Virus record (IMG/VR): IMGVR_UViG_3300024518_003743
Coordinates: 1 to 62,867 of that record
Length of the DNA: 62,867 nucleotides
Source: a virus
Taxonomy: Duplodnaviria > Caudoviricetes
Direction: 5' to 3' (one strand)
Below the pieces are notes generated by a model, which saw only the letters and a program-made list of their open reading frames with translations, ran no database searches and was not told the origin of the DNA. A program made the translations under genes and the position numbers. Within the stretch, counting starts at the first letter, position 1, and the number at the start of each line of letters is the position of its first letter. This document shows positions 1-9,551 of the stretch, one piece after another.

Positions 1-126
1 AACAAGCGGGGCAATTTTGGGATGAAGAAAGAAAGGTTGACACAAGAAAGGAGTAATTAAACCTAACGCAAGTATAAAAGTAAGCTTGTGCGACCCGAAG
101 GGTTACTTTTATATAGTGTTGAAAAA

Positions 127-414
127 ATGTGTAATTGTGTAAACATATCAGCCCAAACGTACGACAATGCTACGGCTTTAAGTAAGCCATTTGGAAGGGG
201 TAACACCGTATCAATAGACAACTGTCTATTAGATGAAATTAAAAGCCTATGGAGTAAAGGCATAAAAACAACAGGGTGTTGTTGTGGGCACAACTATCTT
301 CTGCCATTCATTGGTGTAGAACAAGAACACTATAACACCATGAGATCATTAGGCTATCATGAAATAAAAGATAATCAATTCACACCGCTATCGTTAATAT
401 TAATAAAAAAATAA
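127..414 (+). CDS. phage hypothetical protein with Cys motifs (MCNC...GCCCGH)
   Basis: ORF 88..414; ATG at 127 is the more plausible start; possible metal-binding Cys/His cluster. Confidence 0.6.
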   Translation: MCNCVNISAQTYDNATALSKPFGRGNTVSIDNCLLDEIKSLWSKGIKTTGCCCGHNYLLPFIGVEQEHYNTMRSLGYHEIKDNQFTPLSLILIKK

Positions 415-415
415 T

Positions 416-523
416 ATGTATAATAGTATAGAAGAACAGGAGGCCTTAGATTATCTAGAGACCGTCAAGAACAAGCAAGAGCCTTTCCGCCCCGCGAAGC
501 ACCTCATCATACAGAGCCATTAA
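416..523 (+). CDS. small hypothetical protein (35 aa, MYNSIEEQEALDYLE...)
   Basis: ATG two bases after the previous stop; below ORF-track cutoff; translated by hand. Confidence 0.3.
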   Translation: MYNSIEEQEALDYLETVKNKQEPFRPAKHLIIQSH

Positions 524-599
524 ATCTAGGCAGAGACTATACGGCATTTCAGTTAAACATGTGCAATAGTACATAGAAGTTAAAAAAAAATCAACACTC

Positions 600-848
600 A
601 TGGCGAAGAAGAAACTAAGTAGTTACCAGAAGCTCAAAATTAAGATTGCCGAGCAAAGCAAGGAGATACACCAGCTTCGGAGTGCGATATACTACAACGA
701 CGAGTACTTCTTATCAATAGTCAAGAAGCAGTTTCAAATGGCTCTCGACCTAGAGAACGCAATGTGGAATGGAGACGTGAGCCTGACTCCAAGAAAGCCC
801 GCTCAAGGATTTTTAGCACTTATAGATATAACAAGAGATAAAGAATGA
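600..848 (+). CDS. hypothetical protein
   Basis: ORF in + strand operon; ATGA overlap with next gene. Confidence 0.6.
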   Translation: MAKKKLSSYQKLKIKIAEQSKEIHQLRSAIYYNDEYFLSIVKKQFQMALDLENAMWNGDVSLTPRKPAQGFLALIDITRDKE

Positions 849-1318
849 CTGACGCAATCCAAATCTACACAGATGGATCTTACAAGCACCTCCAAAAGAA
901 AGGCGGGTTCGGGGTAGTCTTCATTCTAGGGAAGAGAATGAAAAAGTACCACTCAAGGAGCTTCGTCGATACAACCAATGTTCGCATGGAGATTCGAGGA
1001 GTCATTCACGCCCTTGAGAAGTGTAATCCGGGACACACGATTGATATCTACTGCGATAATGAACATGTTATCAATATGGCCAATGAGTGGCTTGACAACA
1101 ACATCGCCAACAACACCATGTCCTCAAAAGCGAACATCGATCTATGGCGTAAGTTCTACCTCGCCAGAAAAGTACACCTGGACGGCAAGAGCAAGCTTAA
1201 ATTCATTTGGATAAGGGGACACGCAGGCAACCCATTCAATGAGATGGCCGACAAGCTCGCCACCAAAGCATCAAGAAAAGGAAAACCAATCATCTGTAAA
1301 AGAAACACTTACACTTAA
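845..1318 (+). CDS. rnhA: ribonuclease HI
   Basis: IYTDGS, TTNVRMEI, IYCDNEHV and WIRGHAGNPFNEMADKLA match RNase HI catalytic motifs. Confidence 0.9.
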   Translation: MTDAIQIYTDGSYKHLQKKGGFGVVFILGKRMKKYHSRSFVDTTNVRMEIRGVIHALEKCNPGHTIDIYCDNEHVINMANEWLDNNIANNTMSSKANIDLWRKFYLARKVHLDGKSKLKFIWIRGHAGNPFNEMADKLATKASRKGKPIICKRNTYT

Positions 1319-1319
1319 T

Positions 1320-1532
1320 ATGGCACTAGAAGTACAACCACTACACCGTCAGATAGGGATGATGAGAAGGTATCGCAACATGACCCAGACCGAACTGGCC
1401 GAAAAAGCCGGATGGAATCGAGGGTACTATTCCCAGTGGGAACGAGGCGAAGAAACAAATGCTTCCCAAGAGAAGCTAGAATCTCTACTAAAAGTCTTAA
1501 ATTGCAAACTAATAGCAACACCTCTAGGATGA
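1320..1532 (+). CDS. XRE/Cro-type HTH transcriptional regulator
   Basis: RRYRNMTQTELAEKAGWNRGYYSQWERG HTH pattern; ATG at 1320. Confidence 0.8.
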   Translation: MALEVQPLHRQIGMMRRYRNMTQTELAEKAGWNRGYYSQWERGEETNASQEKLESLLKVLNCKLIATPLG

Positions 1533-2032
1533 GCACAGAAACAGCAGAAGCCCCGAAGAAAGAAAACGCTAAGACCGGGTACAGCGACAAGGAATACCAT
1601 TCACTGGTAACCTACCACGCATTATTTCAAATAGCATCTAGCCACATGGCCGTTGTCAATGACGCCGACATGCAGATTGAAAGATACTGGCTCAGGAAAC
1701 GCCTTAAAGACGGCAACAGAGCCCAGCGTAGAAGCGCTGAGAAGCAAGGGTCGCTTCGAGTACTTCAGGTTGAGAGAAACCTCGAAAAGAAACTTAAATC
1801 ACTTACCGGGCCAGTTGAGATATTCCTCGACAAGCTAGATGAGACCGAAGGTGCCGTCGAAGAGTTTGGTGGATACTCCAACTTCTTGAATGACGTGCTT
1901 ACACAAGCCTCATACGTTCCGCCAAAGGATCGATTCAAGATGGTTCAGATTATGAGCATGGCTCGACAAGGGATGTTCGACGAAGCCTTCCAAGCTATTG
2001 TTGACAAGTCTAAGTCTGACGAGGAAGAGTAG
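1529..2032 (+). CDS. hypothetical protein
   Basis: ORF 1412..2032; ATG at 1529 overlaps upstream stop (ATGA). Confidence 0.6.
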   Translation: MSTETAEAPKKENAKTGYSDKEYHSLVTYHALFQIASSHMAVVNDADMQIERYWLRKRLKDGNRAQRRSAEKQGSLRVLQVERNLEKKLKSLTGPVEIFLDKLDETEGAVEEFGGYSNFLNDVLTQASYVPPKDRFKMVQIMSMARQGMFDEAFQAIVDKSKSDEEE

Positions 2033-2409
2033 TGGCTAAGGACTGCTTGAAGGGCGATTGTACTAACCCGAGATTCGGGAAGGGCTACTGTAAGTGGCAT
2101 CAGTATCTTCGTACCGACAAGAAACCCAACAAGAAGAAATCTCTTTCTAAGCGTATAAAGCCTGTCTCTGACAATAGATTAGAACAACTGGCTAGATATC
2201 GATCAGAAAGAGATAAGTACATGAAAGCGCATCCTAAGTGTGAATACGAGGGGTGTGGGGATGACTCGACCGAGCTCCACCACAAAGGGGGTAGGAACGG
2301 CGAAAGAGTTTATCACGTCCCGTGGTTCATGGCTTGCTGCCATGATTGCCACATAATAAAGATTCACCTGCATCCAGCCGATGCACGAAAGAAAGGGTAT
2401 TTGATATGA
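2032..2409 (+). CDS. HNH-type nuclease with N-terminal Zn motif
   Basis: CEYEGC...TELHHKGGR...ACCHDCH; N-terminal C-x4-C...YCKWH. Confidence 0.65.
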   Translation: MAKDCLKGDCTNPRFGKGYCKWHQYLRTDKKPNKKKSLSKRIKPVSDNRLEQLARYRSERDKYMKAHPKCEYEGCGDDSTELHHKGGRNGERVYHVPWFMACCHDCHIIKIHLHPADARKKGYLI

Positions 2410-2654
2410 TAAAAATTGAGATTAATGTAGGTAAGATTACCAACATCGAACAGCCTAACGCGATGCACATGGAGGTTCTTGAGCAAATCGTTCTAGGTAA
2501 CGGTCATGCGCTAATCGCCAACAACCTCGGGATAACCATCCAGGCGGCTGTTTCAAGAAGACGAAACCTCCTAGGTATATTCGATGTCAAGAACGACACG
2601 ATGCTGGTGTATGCAGCAATGAATAATGGAATTATTGATCTAAAAATTATCTAA
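2406..2654 (+). CDS. LuxR-type HTH DNA-binding protein
   Basis: EVLEQIVLG...IANNLGITIQAAVSRRRNLLGIFDVKN...LVYAAMNNGII resembles the LuxR/NarL C-terminal domain. Confidence 0.7.
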   Translation: MIKIEINVGKITNIEQPNAMHMEVLEQIVLGNGHALIANNLGITIQAAVSRRRNLLGIFDVKNDTMLVYAAMNNGIIDLKII

Positions 2655-3127
2655 TGTTTAAGGTTTACCACATCGCAAAAATGCCGGACAGCGAATCAAT
2701 AGAGCTAGGAATGACATTCAAGCTCTTCAAGAACAAATACTTCGCTAATGACATTCGAATACACTCATCAGTCCCAGCGATGAGAGCATACCTGCAAGGG
2801 TCTAAAAAGGACGTCATACTCTTTAATCTGGAGCACTTCACGCTATCATTTGTGAACGACCCAGAGCTAAAGGACGCACTTAGAGTTACAGCCGAAGAAC
2901 GCCTCACAGCCCTGTTGAAATGGTGCTTCGACAATCAGGAGAGATACAAAAGTATCCTTGAGTTTGTTGATAGATGTGAGAGTTTTATGCTTACCTTAGT
3001 GAACTCGGCTTCCGGGAAACACCGAGAAGAGGCTATCATGCAATACAGGTTGCTAATAGGCTTCGTTAAAGCAGAACTAGAAGAACTCAAAGAAGGTGAC
3101 AACAACGTTTCAAATAAAGCCCAATAG
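2654..3127 (+). CDS. hypothetical protein
   Basis: 157-aa ORF coupled to neighbours. Confidence 0.6.
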   Translation: MFKVYHIAKMPDSESIELGMTFKLFKNKYFANDIRIHSSVPAMRAYLQGSKKDVILFNLEHFTLSFVNDPELKDALRVTAEERLTALLKWCFDNQERYKSILEFVDRCESFMLTLVNSASGKHREEAIMQYRLLIGFVKAELEELKEGDNNVSNKAQ

Positions 3128-3683
3128 ACTACAGTCACAGACGGACAAAGCCTACCTATTCAAGAGATTCAAAAACCACACCTTCTGGATCCCCAAGAGC
3201 CAAGTCATCTCCATGGAGGAAAAGGACGGATGGCTATATGTAACGGTCACAAAGTGGGTCTGGGACAAGGCCAACCTTCACAGGATTCTTTCTACCCTCA
3301 AAGAGCAGGGGGTCGTTCACTTCAGAGATAGAGGCTATTTCAACATTGACTGGGACTTCGTTATCGAGCACTCCAGAAACAAGGAGGTATGCTTCTTCTG
3401 CAGGCTCCTCATGCTTCCCAACAAAAAGACTAAAGACCACCTCATCCCGAGCATGGTTCTCAAGGCTTACGGTATCAGCAACCTGCCTAACAACAAGGTT
3501 CCTTGCTGCTATGATTGCAATCAAGAGAAAGCCTACCTCATGCCTGACGTTTTCCGGCGCTTAGTTCGTCTCAAACTACATGAGACCGGCGACCGACGAT
3601 ACGAAGAAATTCTAATTACACTAAATCGACTAATCTACTATGGAACTAACGAAGACATTGGAGGAGGCAAAGAAGTTCATTAG
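3096..3683 (+). CDS. HNH endonuclease with N-terminal extension
   Basis: CFFC...TKDHLIP...NNKVPCCYDCNQEK. Confidence 0.75.
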   Translation: MTTTFQIKPNRLQSQTDKAYLFKRFKNHTFWIPKSQVISMEEKDGWLYVTVTKWVWDKANLHRILSTLKEQGVVHFRDRGYFNIDWDFVIEHSRNKEVCFFCRLLMLPNKKTKDHLIPSMVLKAYGISNLPNNKVPCCYDCNQEKAYLMPDVFRRLVRLKLHETGDRRYEEILITLNRLIYYGTNEDIGGGKEVH

Positions 3684-4107
3684 ACGAGGCTTTCGTAAAG
3701 GATGCCACTGTCCAGCGTGTGGGCAATACGTCAAAGAATACAAGAGACCTCTAAACTCAGGGATGGCCAGGATTCTGATCGAAATGTACAGACTTGGAGA
3801 CTCCGAGTACCATCATGTCAAAGACCACCTTCGAAAGAACAGCATCAAGAACGGTCATGATTGGACGCTGCTGAGGTTCTGGGGACTCATTGACCCTATG
3901 ATTAAAGAGGAGGAAGACAAGGGCGCTACGAAGCTCGGACTATGGCGTATCACCGACCAAGGGAAGGCGTTCGTTAGGGGAGAGATTAGAATTAGCCGGA
4001 GAATTCGAATGTACAACAAGAAGATGCTGGGATTCGAGCCCAATGAAATGACTACGATCCAGGAAGCCCTTGGTGACCACTTCAGTTACGAACAACTTAT
4101 GATGTAA
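3640..4107 (+). CDS. Zn-ribbon / winged-helix-like hypothetical protein
   Basis: CHCPACGQ, then LRFWGLI...WRITDQGKAFV wHTH-like wing. Confidence 0.55.
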   Translation: MELTKTLEEAKKFIRRGFRKGCHCPACGQYVKEYKRPLNSGMARILIEMYRLGDSEYHHVKDHLRKNSIKNGHDWTLLRFWGLIDPMIKEEEDKGATKLGLWRITDQGKAFVRGEIRISRRIRMYNKKMLGFEPNEMTTIQEALGDHFSYEQLMM

Positions 4108-4592
4108 TGAAAGCACACTTCACATTTACCCCAGTAGAGGGACACACGACCAGAGGAATGGCCAAGGAGCTCATCATGAAAACTGAGTTTCGCTCCTATA
4201 TGTTCGAAAACCTTAACACTGAACTCATTGTTACCATTCAGCCCAAGGTCAAATCACAAGAGAAGCTTCGCATGTATGCCTACTACCGAGGTCCACTACT
4301 AGATGTGGCTATGATGGGGCTAGTGAATGCTGGTTACGAGGGAATGGACAAGGCTAAGGCTCACTACTTCCTGAGCTCATATTGCGCCAAGGAGATGATG
4401 ATTCGTAAAGGTGAAGAGTTTCCATATATCCTAAGTGTTGGAGATATGACCAAGAAGCGACTGCACAAATACATCGTTGACTGCATCCACTTCATGGAAG
4501 CCAACCTAGATATTAGAAGCATCCCTGATGCTGAAGAGTACAAGAACGCCGAAAAGTTCGGTGAAGGATTTAAGAAAGTTGAAAACGAATAG
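4107..4592 (+). CDS. NinB-like hypothetical protein
   Basis: YAYYRG...HYFL...SVGDMTKKRLHKYI...IPD pattern resembles NinB-like phage proteins. Confidence 0.4.
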   Translation: MKAHFTFTPVEGHTTRGMAKELIMKTEFRSYMFENLNTELIVTIQPKVKSQEKLRMYAYYRGPLLDVAMMGLVNAGYEGMDKAKAHYFLSSYCAKEMMIRKGEEFPYILSVGDMTKKRLHKYIVDCIHFMEANLDIRSIPDAEEYKNAEKFGEGFKKVENE

Positions 4593-4594
4593 CT

Positions 4595-4819
4595 ATGATT
4601 TTTAAAAAGATTGGGGTAGTATTTCTCTGGATTTTTTACGTGCTTATCACGAACAAGGAGAGGCATGAATACCTACTCGCAAAAGAAAGGGGCCACAAGG
4701 TGTCAGACCTGAAGAACGGCATCTTCTCAGGCACTATTAAATGCCACATAAACGAACCCGTTCAAAAAAGAGGGTACTTGAACTGGAAAGAGTTTAAAGA
4801 ACTTCGCTGGCCCAAATAA
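4595..4819 (+). CDS. small hypothetical protein with hydrophobic N-terminus
   Basis: 74-aa ORF; IGVVFLWIFYVLI segment. Confidence 0.5.
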   Translation: MIFKKIGVVFLWIFYVLITNKERHEYLLAKERGHKVSDLKNGIFSGTIKCHINEPVQKRGYLNWKEFKELRWPK

Positions 4820-4863
4820 CTCAATTATTTTTCTATCTTTACTGGCTCAGATCAGCAGACTTT

Positions 4864-5874
4864 ATGGGAACACTAATAACGAATAAACACGGACTTCCTG
4901 ACGCTATAGTTAGAGCCGTAATGGTGGACAAGCACCGAACCTATGGAGACATCTCAGTTACTCAACTTATCGATGCTCCCCAAGTAAGAATCCTAAAACG
5001 ACAGAACGACTTTGAAGTAGACGCCATGGACATGATATGGGCCGTCATGGGCACAGCCGTGCACAAGGTTGTCGAGCTTGGAGAGATTAACCAGGTGGAA
5101 GGTCAGAAGCTGTTCGAAGCCAAGGCGGTCCTAGAAGACATGGGGCAGGAGAAGGGCGCTGCATACATCCAAAAGATTATTGAAGAGAACTTCCCGGACG
5201 CATTGAATCCTGATGTCCTAATGGAGAAATCTCTTACCATTGAGGTCGAAGGTATGGTCATTTCCGGCACCCTCGACAAATACACCAAGTCATTAGAGAA
5301 GCTTTCCGACTACAAGAACTGTAGTGTATGGATGGCTATCTTCGAAGAGTCCAAAAAGAAGTGGTACGCGCAGCTCAACACGTACGCATACATGCTTCGA
5401 ATGAACGGACTCCCAGTTAAAGAGGCTGAGATTGTCGCCATTTTCCGCGACTGGTCTCCTAACGGCCTAATGCGAAGCAGAGACTACCCAAAGCACCAAG
5501 TTCAAACGATTCCCATCCAGCTCTTTGATGACGCTACAATGGACAAGTACCTCCGAAAGAGAGTCAACATCCACAAGCAGGCTCTTCTAGGTAACGTAGC
5601 TCAATGTACAGGAGCTGAGCGATGGTCTACCGAATCCAAGTACGCTGTAATGAGAAAGGGCTACAAGAAGGCTGTGAAGCTTTGCGCTTCTATGGCATAC
5701 GCTGACCAGTACATGCACGAGAACCGGAACAGGTATTCTGATATGTATGTGCAGCACCGACCGGGGGAAGACAAACGATGTGAGAGATGGTGTCCAGTGA
5801 AGGACAAGTGTCCACAGTATCAAGGAGCATTGAATAAGATCGCTGAAGACACTAGCGATGGAACTATTAAATAA
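4864..5874 (+). CDS. PD-(D/E)XK (Cas4/RecB-like) exonuclease
   Basis: GTAVH, ISGTLD, LSDYK, QLNTY motifs; C-terminal C-x3-C-x5-C. Confidence 0.8.
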   Translation: MGTLITNKHGLPDAIVRAVMVDKHRTYGDISVTQLIDAPQVRILKRQNDFEVDAMDMIWAVMGTAVHKVVELGEINQVEGQKLFEAKAVLEDMGQEKGAAYIQKIIEENFPDALNPDVLMEKSLTIEVEGMVISGTLDKYTKSLEKLSDYKNCSVWMAIFEESKKKWYAQLNTYAYMLRMNGLPVKEAEIVAIFRDWSPNGLMRSRDYPKHQVQTIPIQLFDDATMDKYLRKRVNIHKQALLGNVAQCTGAERWSTESKYAVMRKGYKKAVKLCASMAYADQYMHENRNRYSDMYVQHRPGEDKRCERWCPVKDKCPQYQGALNKIAEDTSDGTIK

Positions 5875-5892
5875 CCGACAACAAACGACTAA

Positions 5893-7212
5893 ATGCAAGA
5901 AGAAGGTATCAAAATACTCAAGGCTGAGATTACGAATTTCAAGAACATCTCTCACAAGACAGTAGTCTTCGAAGGGCGCTCAGCTATTATCATCGCTCCA
6001 AATGCCGGAGGCAAGTCCAGCCTTATCCAGGCGATTCAATCTCCTATCAACTCCAAAATAATCCCTCTGCAACCAGTTAAGGAAGGTGAGGAAAGAGGCT
6101 CAGTAGAGCTTCTAGTGGGCGGTAAGTTCAAAGGAGAGAGCGTCAAATACAACATTGGCCTATACTTCTCCCCTGAGCATCAGAAGGGGCGTATCACTAT
6201 TACCAACGAAGACGGGGGTAAGGTTCCCGGCGGTAAGAGTGTTATTAACGACATTGTAGGCAACATCAGCTTCAACATGATGGAGTTCCTTAGGCTGGCT
6301 CGTACCGACGCTGGCGGAGTTTCCGACGCTGGTCGTAAGAAGCAGGTGGAGATCCTAAAAGCCTTACTTCCTGATGAGGTTGTCGATAAAATGGCAGAGC
6401 TTGACGTTGAGCGTAAGAAGGTTTACAATGAGCGGTCAACAGTCAATGCAGAGGTAAAGGTTATGAAGACCAACCTCGAAGGGCATGAATATACACTGGA
6501 AGACATTGAGAACTACTCGACCAAGAAGGACGGCGAGGCTATCAGAACTCAAATTAACGGGCTTTCCACCTATATCGAGAAGCACTCGAAGGCTACCTCA
6601 GCTCAGGCTAGGTTCATGGAGACTATAAGCTTCAAGGAAGAGCAAATAGCCTGCCTTCAGAAAGAGCTGGACGTGGCTAGACATAATCTAAACACTACCA
6701 ATGAATGGCTCCAGAAGAATGAGAAGCCAAGCATCGGGTACCTATCAGCTCAACTCAAGGACATCGATGACCACAACGCAATCTGTGATGAAATTGCCAA
6801 GCTAGAGAAGTCTAGGTCCGACATGGACACTAAAAGCGCTGAGTCCGACAAGAAGACTGAGCGAATGAAGGAGATTGACAAGGAGAAGGCCGAAGTGTTT
6901 GCTTCCAGCCCTCTACCAGTTCCCGGATTAGCGTTCGACGAGAACATGGTTACCTACAAAGGACTTCCTTTGGATGAAGACCAGCACTCTACCGCTATGC
7001 TTATAGGGATAGGTATTCGAATCGGGATGGCCATGAATCCAAACCTCAAACTACTGGTCATCAAGGACGGCTCGCTCCTGGATCGTCAGACGCTGAGATT
7101 CATCATGAAGATTTGCGAAGAGCAAGGCTACCAAGTCCTAATCGAGAAAGTTGATTTCGAAGGCGAGAACGAAGAAGTAACAGTTGAATTTACAGAATCA
7201 GAAGAGATATGA
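5893..7212 (+). CDS. SMC/RecN/Rad50-like ABC ATPase
   Basis: Walker A APNAGGKSS, long coiled coil, Walker B-like LVIKDGSLLD. Confidence 0.8.
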   Translation: MQEEGIKILKAEITNFKNISHKTVVFEGRSAIIIAPNAGGKSSLIQAIQSPINSKIIPLQPVKEGEERGSVELLVGGKFKGESVKYNIGLYFSPEHQKGRITITNEDGGKVPGGKSVINDIVGNISFNMMEFLRLARTDAGGVSDAGRKKQVEILKALLPDEVVDKMAELDVERKKVYNERSTVNAEVKVMKTNLEGHEYTLEDIENYSTKKDGEAIRTQINGLSTYIEKHSKATSAQARFMETISFKEEQIACLQKELDVARHNLNTTNEWLQKNEKPSIGYLSAQLKDIDDHNAICDEIAKLEKSRSDMDTKSAESDKKTERMKEIDKEKAEVFASSPLPVPGLAFDENMVTYKGLPLDEDQHSTAMLIGIGIRIGMAMNPNLKLLVIKDGSLLDRQTLRFIMKICEEQGYQVLIEKVDFEGENEEVTVEFTESEEI

Positions 7213-7622
7213 AAGCTATAAGAGACAAGATTGACCTATCCATCCACTTCATGACGAAGATTGGAATCAACACTAAATACGGCGGACTAGCCCAGATAGA
7301 GCTCGAGAGAGCCAACAACTGGGTGACTCAGCTCTACCATATCAGCAAGCTCGACTATCCGAGCCACGACCAGACTGGTATTGAGTTTCCCGAGGACTAC
7401 AGTAAGTTCGATTACATCAAGGACAATCGCAAGAGAATCCAAGATACTGTCAACGAACTCGTGAAGCTGTCCGTCTCTAACCCACAGGTTCAGATGATTT
7501 CTATGCAAATCATGACAGCCCTAATGGAAGCGAAAATGTGGCTGGGGAATCAGTTAGACATGGAGACTAAAATTCAAGCGCTTTCAGGAGGGTCTATTGC
7601 CCCTTCTCACACTGACAAATAA
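7209..7622 (+). CDS. hypothetical protein with two Acb2/Tad1-like helical hairpin motifs
   Basis: LAQIELERANNW and IMTALMEAKMWLG resemble the A-x-T-x-L-x-E-A-x-M-W signature. Confidence 0.45.
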   Translation: MKAIRDKIDLSIHFMTKIGINTKYGGLAQIELERANNWVTQLYHISKLDYPSHDQTGIEFPEDYSKFDYIKDNRKRIQDTVNELVKLSVSNPQVQMISMQIMTALMEAKMWLGNQLDMETKIQALSGGSIAPSHTDK

Positions 7623-7638
7623 TATTCTTACTAGGCCA

Positions 7639-9354
7639 ATGCAACCATTCGATATACTCGACCGATACAGGGTGCGCCTGTTTAAGAACCACTGGCTAGA
7701 TAATGAGTTTGAAATAGCTCATTGTCTAGGCTTTGAATTAAACGGGAACATCATTACTGTAGACATCAGAAGGACTTACCCTGAAGCTCTACTTGAGTTC
7801 ATCAAGACCTCCTTCTCTATAGTAATGCTTAGCGCTCAGTATCAGGCTTATCGGACCGGATTTTTCAATCATCTCAAGAAGATGTATGTGGATAGTCGAA
7901 ACGAGTTCAAAGCGAACTACGAGGCAAAGCTGAATTATCCCAACGATCTATTCATGCACCAGGGACACACGCTGGCGGTGAGCATCTACAATCAATGGAA
8001 CTACTGGGCTTTCGAACAAGGGCTCGGTAAAACGATCACCTCAGCAACCCTCTCGAAGTCCATGTCGGTGCCAAGGACAATCATTATATGCCCAGCGCTG
8101 GTGAAGTGGAACTGGTTCCATAACATGACTGATGACTGGGGGTTCAATCCTATTCTATGGACGATACTTGATAGCAAGAAGAACAAGTGTGTATACGCTT
8201 TCCGCGAACGGTTTGTAGTAATCAACTACGAGATGATTAGCAAGTTCTTCGACTACCTCAACAGAGACGTCATAGGACACATCATCATCGATGAATGTCA
8301 TTACATCAAGAACCACAAGACCAACAGGTTCAAAGCTGTTGAGAAGCTGGTCAGAAACAATCCTAAAGCTAGGGTTACTCTTCTTTCTGGTACTCCAGTT
8401 ACAAACCGGTCGATTGACTACTTCGCGTACTGCAAGCTTGCTGGCCATCCTTTAGGTAAGAACTTCGCTAAGTTCAAAAAGGATTATTGCCTGAGTAGTT
8501 CGACTAGAGGAGGCAACAAGGTCAGTGGGTCAAAAAACATTGGTGACCTAAGAATCAAGATGTCCAACTTCATGATTCGAAAGAAGTCAGAAGAGTGTAT
8601 TGATTTACCGGCCTTGATTATCAAGAAATACTACTTCGATGTAGGCGAGCTGTCCTCAGAGTACAACGATGCTTTGGAAGAGCTCTACATGGCCAAGAAG
8701 AAGTACGAGTCTGCAGAGCAGAAAGAGAAGGCCAAGCTTCGTCTCACGATGAGCGCTAACATCCACTCACTCAACAGGATAATGGCCACCAGCAAAGTGC
8801 AGCCCATCAAAGACCTCATCAATGAGATTAGAGCTGAAGGGCGCAAGGTGGTTGTTTTCTCAGGATATACAGACCCGCTCAAGATGCTCGAACAGGAGTT
8901 TTTAGGCAACTGCGTCCGTATCGCCGGAGATGTAGGCTCCCACAAGAGACAACAGCTCATTGACAAGTTTAAGAAGGAAGATGACTGCTTCCTGTTCCTG
9001 GGGAATTTCCAGGCTGCAGGAATCGGGATTAACCTGACCAATGCCAATGATGTGATATTCATGAACTTCCCTCTTACTCCTGACCAGCTAGAGCAGCCAT
9101 ACAAGCGTTGCCACAGGATAGGCCAGAAGGAAGCTGTTCGGGTTTATTACACGATCGGTAAAGAGACTATCGATGAGCATGTGTTCCGAATTATCGTGGA
9201 CAAGAAGCGAGACATTGACGAACTCGTTGACAAAGGAAAGCAGGGAGTTGTTCATTATGACAACCTCCAGGGACAGCTATTCAGTAGCCTGTTCAATGAT
9301 TACGAGAAGATGAAAGGCATCCAATCGACAACACCACAATTTCAAAAAGTATGA
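7639..9354 (+). CDS. SNF2-family (SF2) helicase/translocase
   Basis: EQGLGKT, IIDECH, LSGTP, GIGINL, QPYKRCHRIGQ; start probably ATG 7639. Confidence 0.9.
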   Translation: MQPFDILDRYRVRLFKNHWLDNEFEIAHCLGFELNGNIITVDIRRTYPEALLEFIKTSFSIVMLSAQYQAYRTGFFNHLKKMYVDSRNEFKANYEAKLNYPNDLFMHQGHTLAVSIYNQWNYWAFEQGLGKTITSATLSKSMSVPRTIIICPALVKWNWFHNMTDDWGFNPILWTILDSKKNKCVYAFRERFVVINYEMISKFFDYLNRDVIGHIIIDECHYIKNHKTNRFKAVEKLVRNNPKARVTLLSGTPVTNRSIDYFAYCKLAGHPLGKNFAKFKKDYCLSSSTRGGNKVSGSKNIGDLRIKMSNFMIRKKSEECIDLPALIIKKYYFDVGELSSEYNDALEELYMAKKKYESAEQKEKAKLRLTMSANIHSLNRIMATSKVQPIKDLINEIRAEGRKVVVFSGYTDPLKMLEQEFLGNCVRIAGDVGSHKRQQLIDKFKKEDDCFLFLGNFQAAGIGINLTNANDVIFMNFPLTPDQLEQPYKRCHRIGQKEAVRVYYTIGKETIDEHVFRIIVDKKRDIDELVDKGKQGVVHYDNLQGQLFSSLFNDYEKMKGIQSTTPQFQKV

Positions 9355-9551
9355 AATTTGAATTAGAAAAATGGAAGTCTTTGCTCGGTAAAACCGTAAG
9401 AGACGGAAATGGGAAGTTTGGCACCTTAAAGGGGCTAACACTTGACGGAGACCTGTTAGTAAATGAATTTTGGTGGTATCACGACCAAGTAAATGAATTC
9501 GTAGACCCTAACCAAACAAAATTATTCGAAGATGAAGATAACGGCCAATAG
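9351..9551 (+). CDS. hypothetical protein
   Basis: 66-aa ORF overlapping both neighbours. Confidence 0.55.
   Translation: MKFELEKWKSLLGKTVRDGNGKFGTLKGLTLDGDLLVNEFWWYHDQVNEFVDPNQTKLFEDEDNGQ

Noticed and set aside
4864-5874. Cas4-like nuclease as a sign of a CRISPR system
   Set aside because: No repeat-spacer array or other cas genes are visible; stand-alone PD-(D/E)XK nucleases are common in phages.
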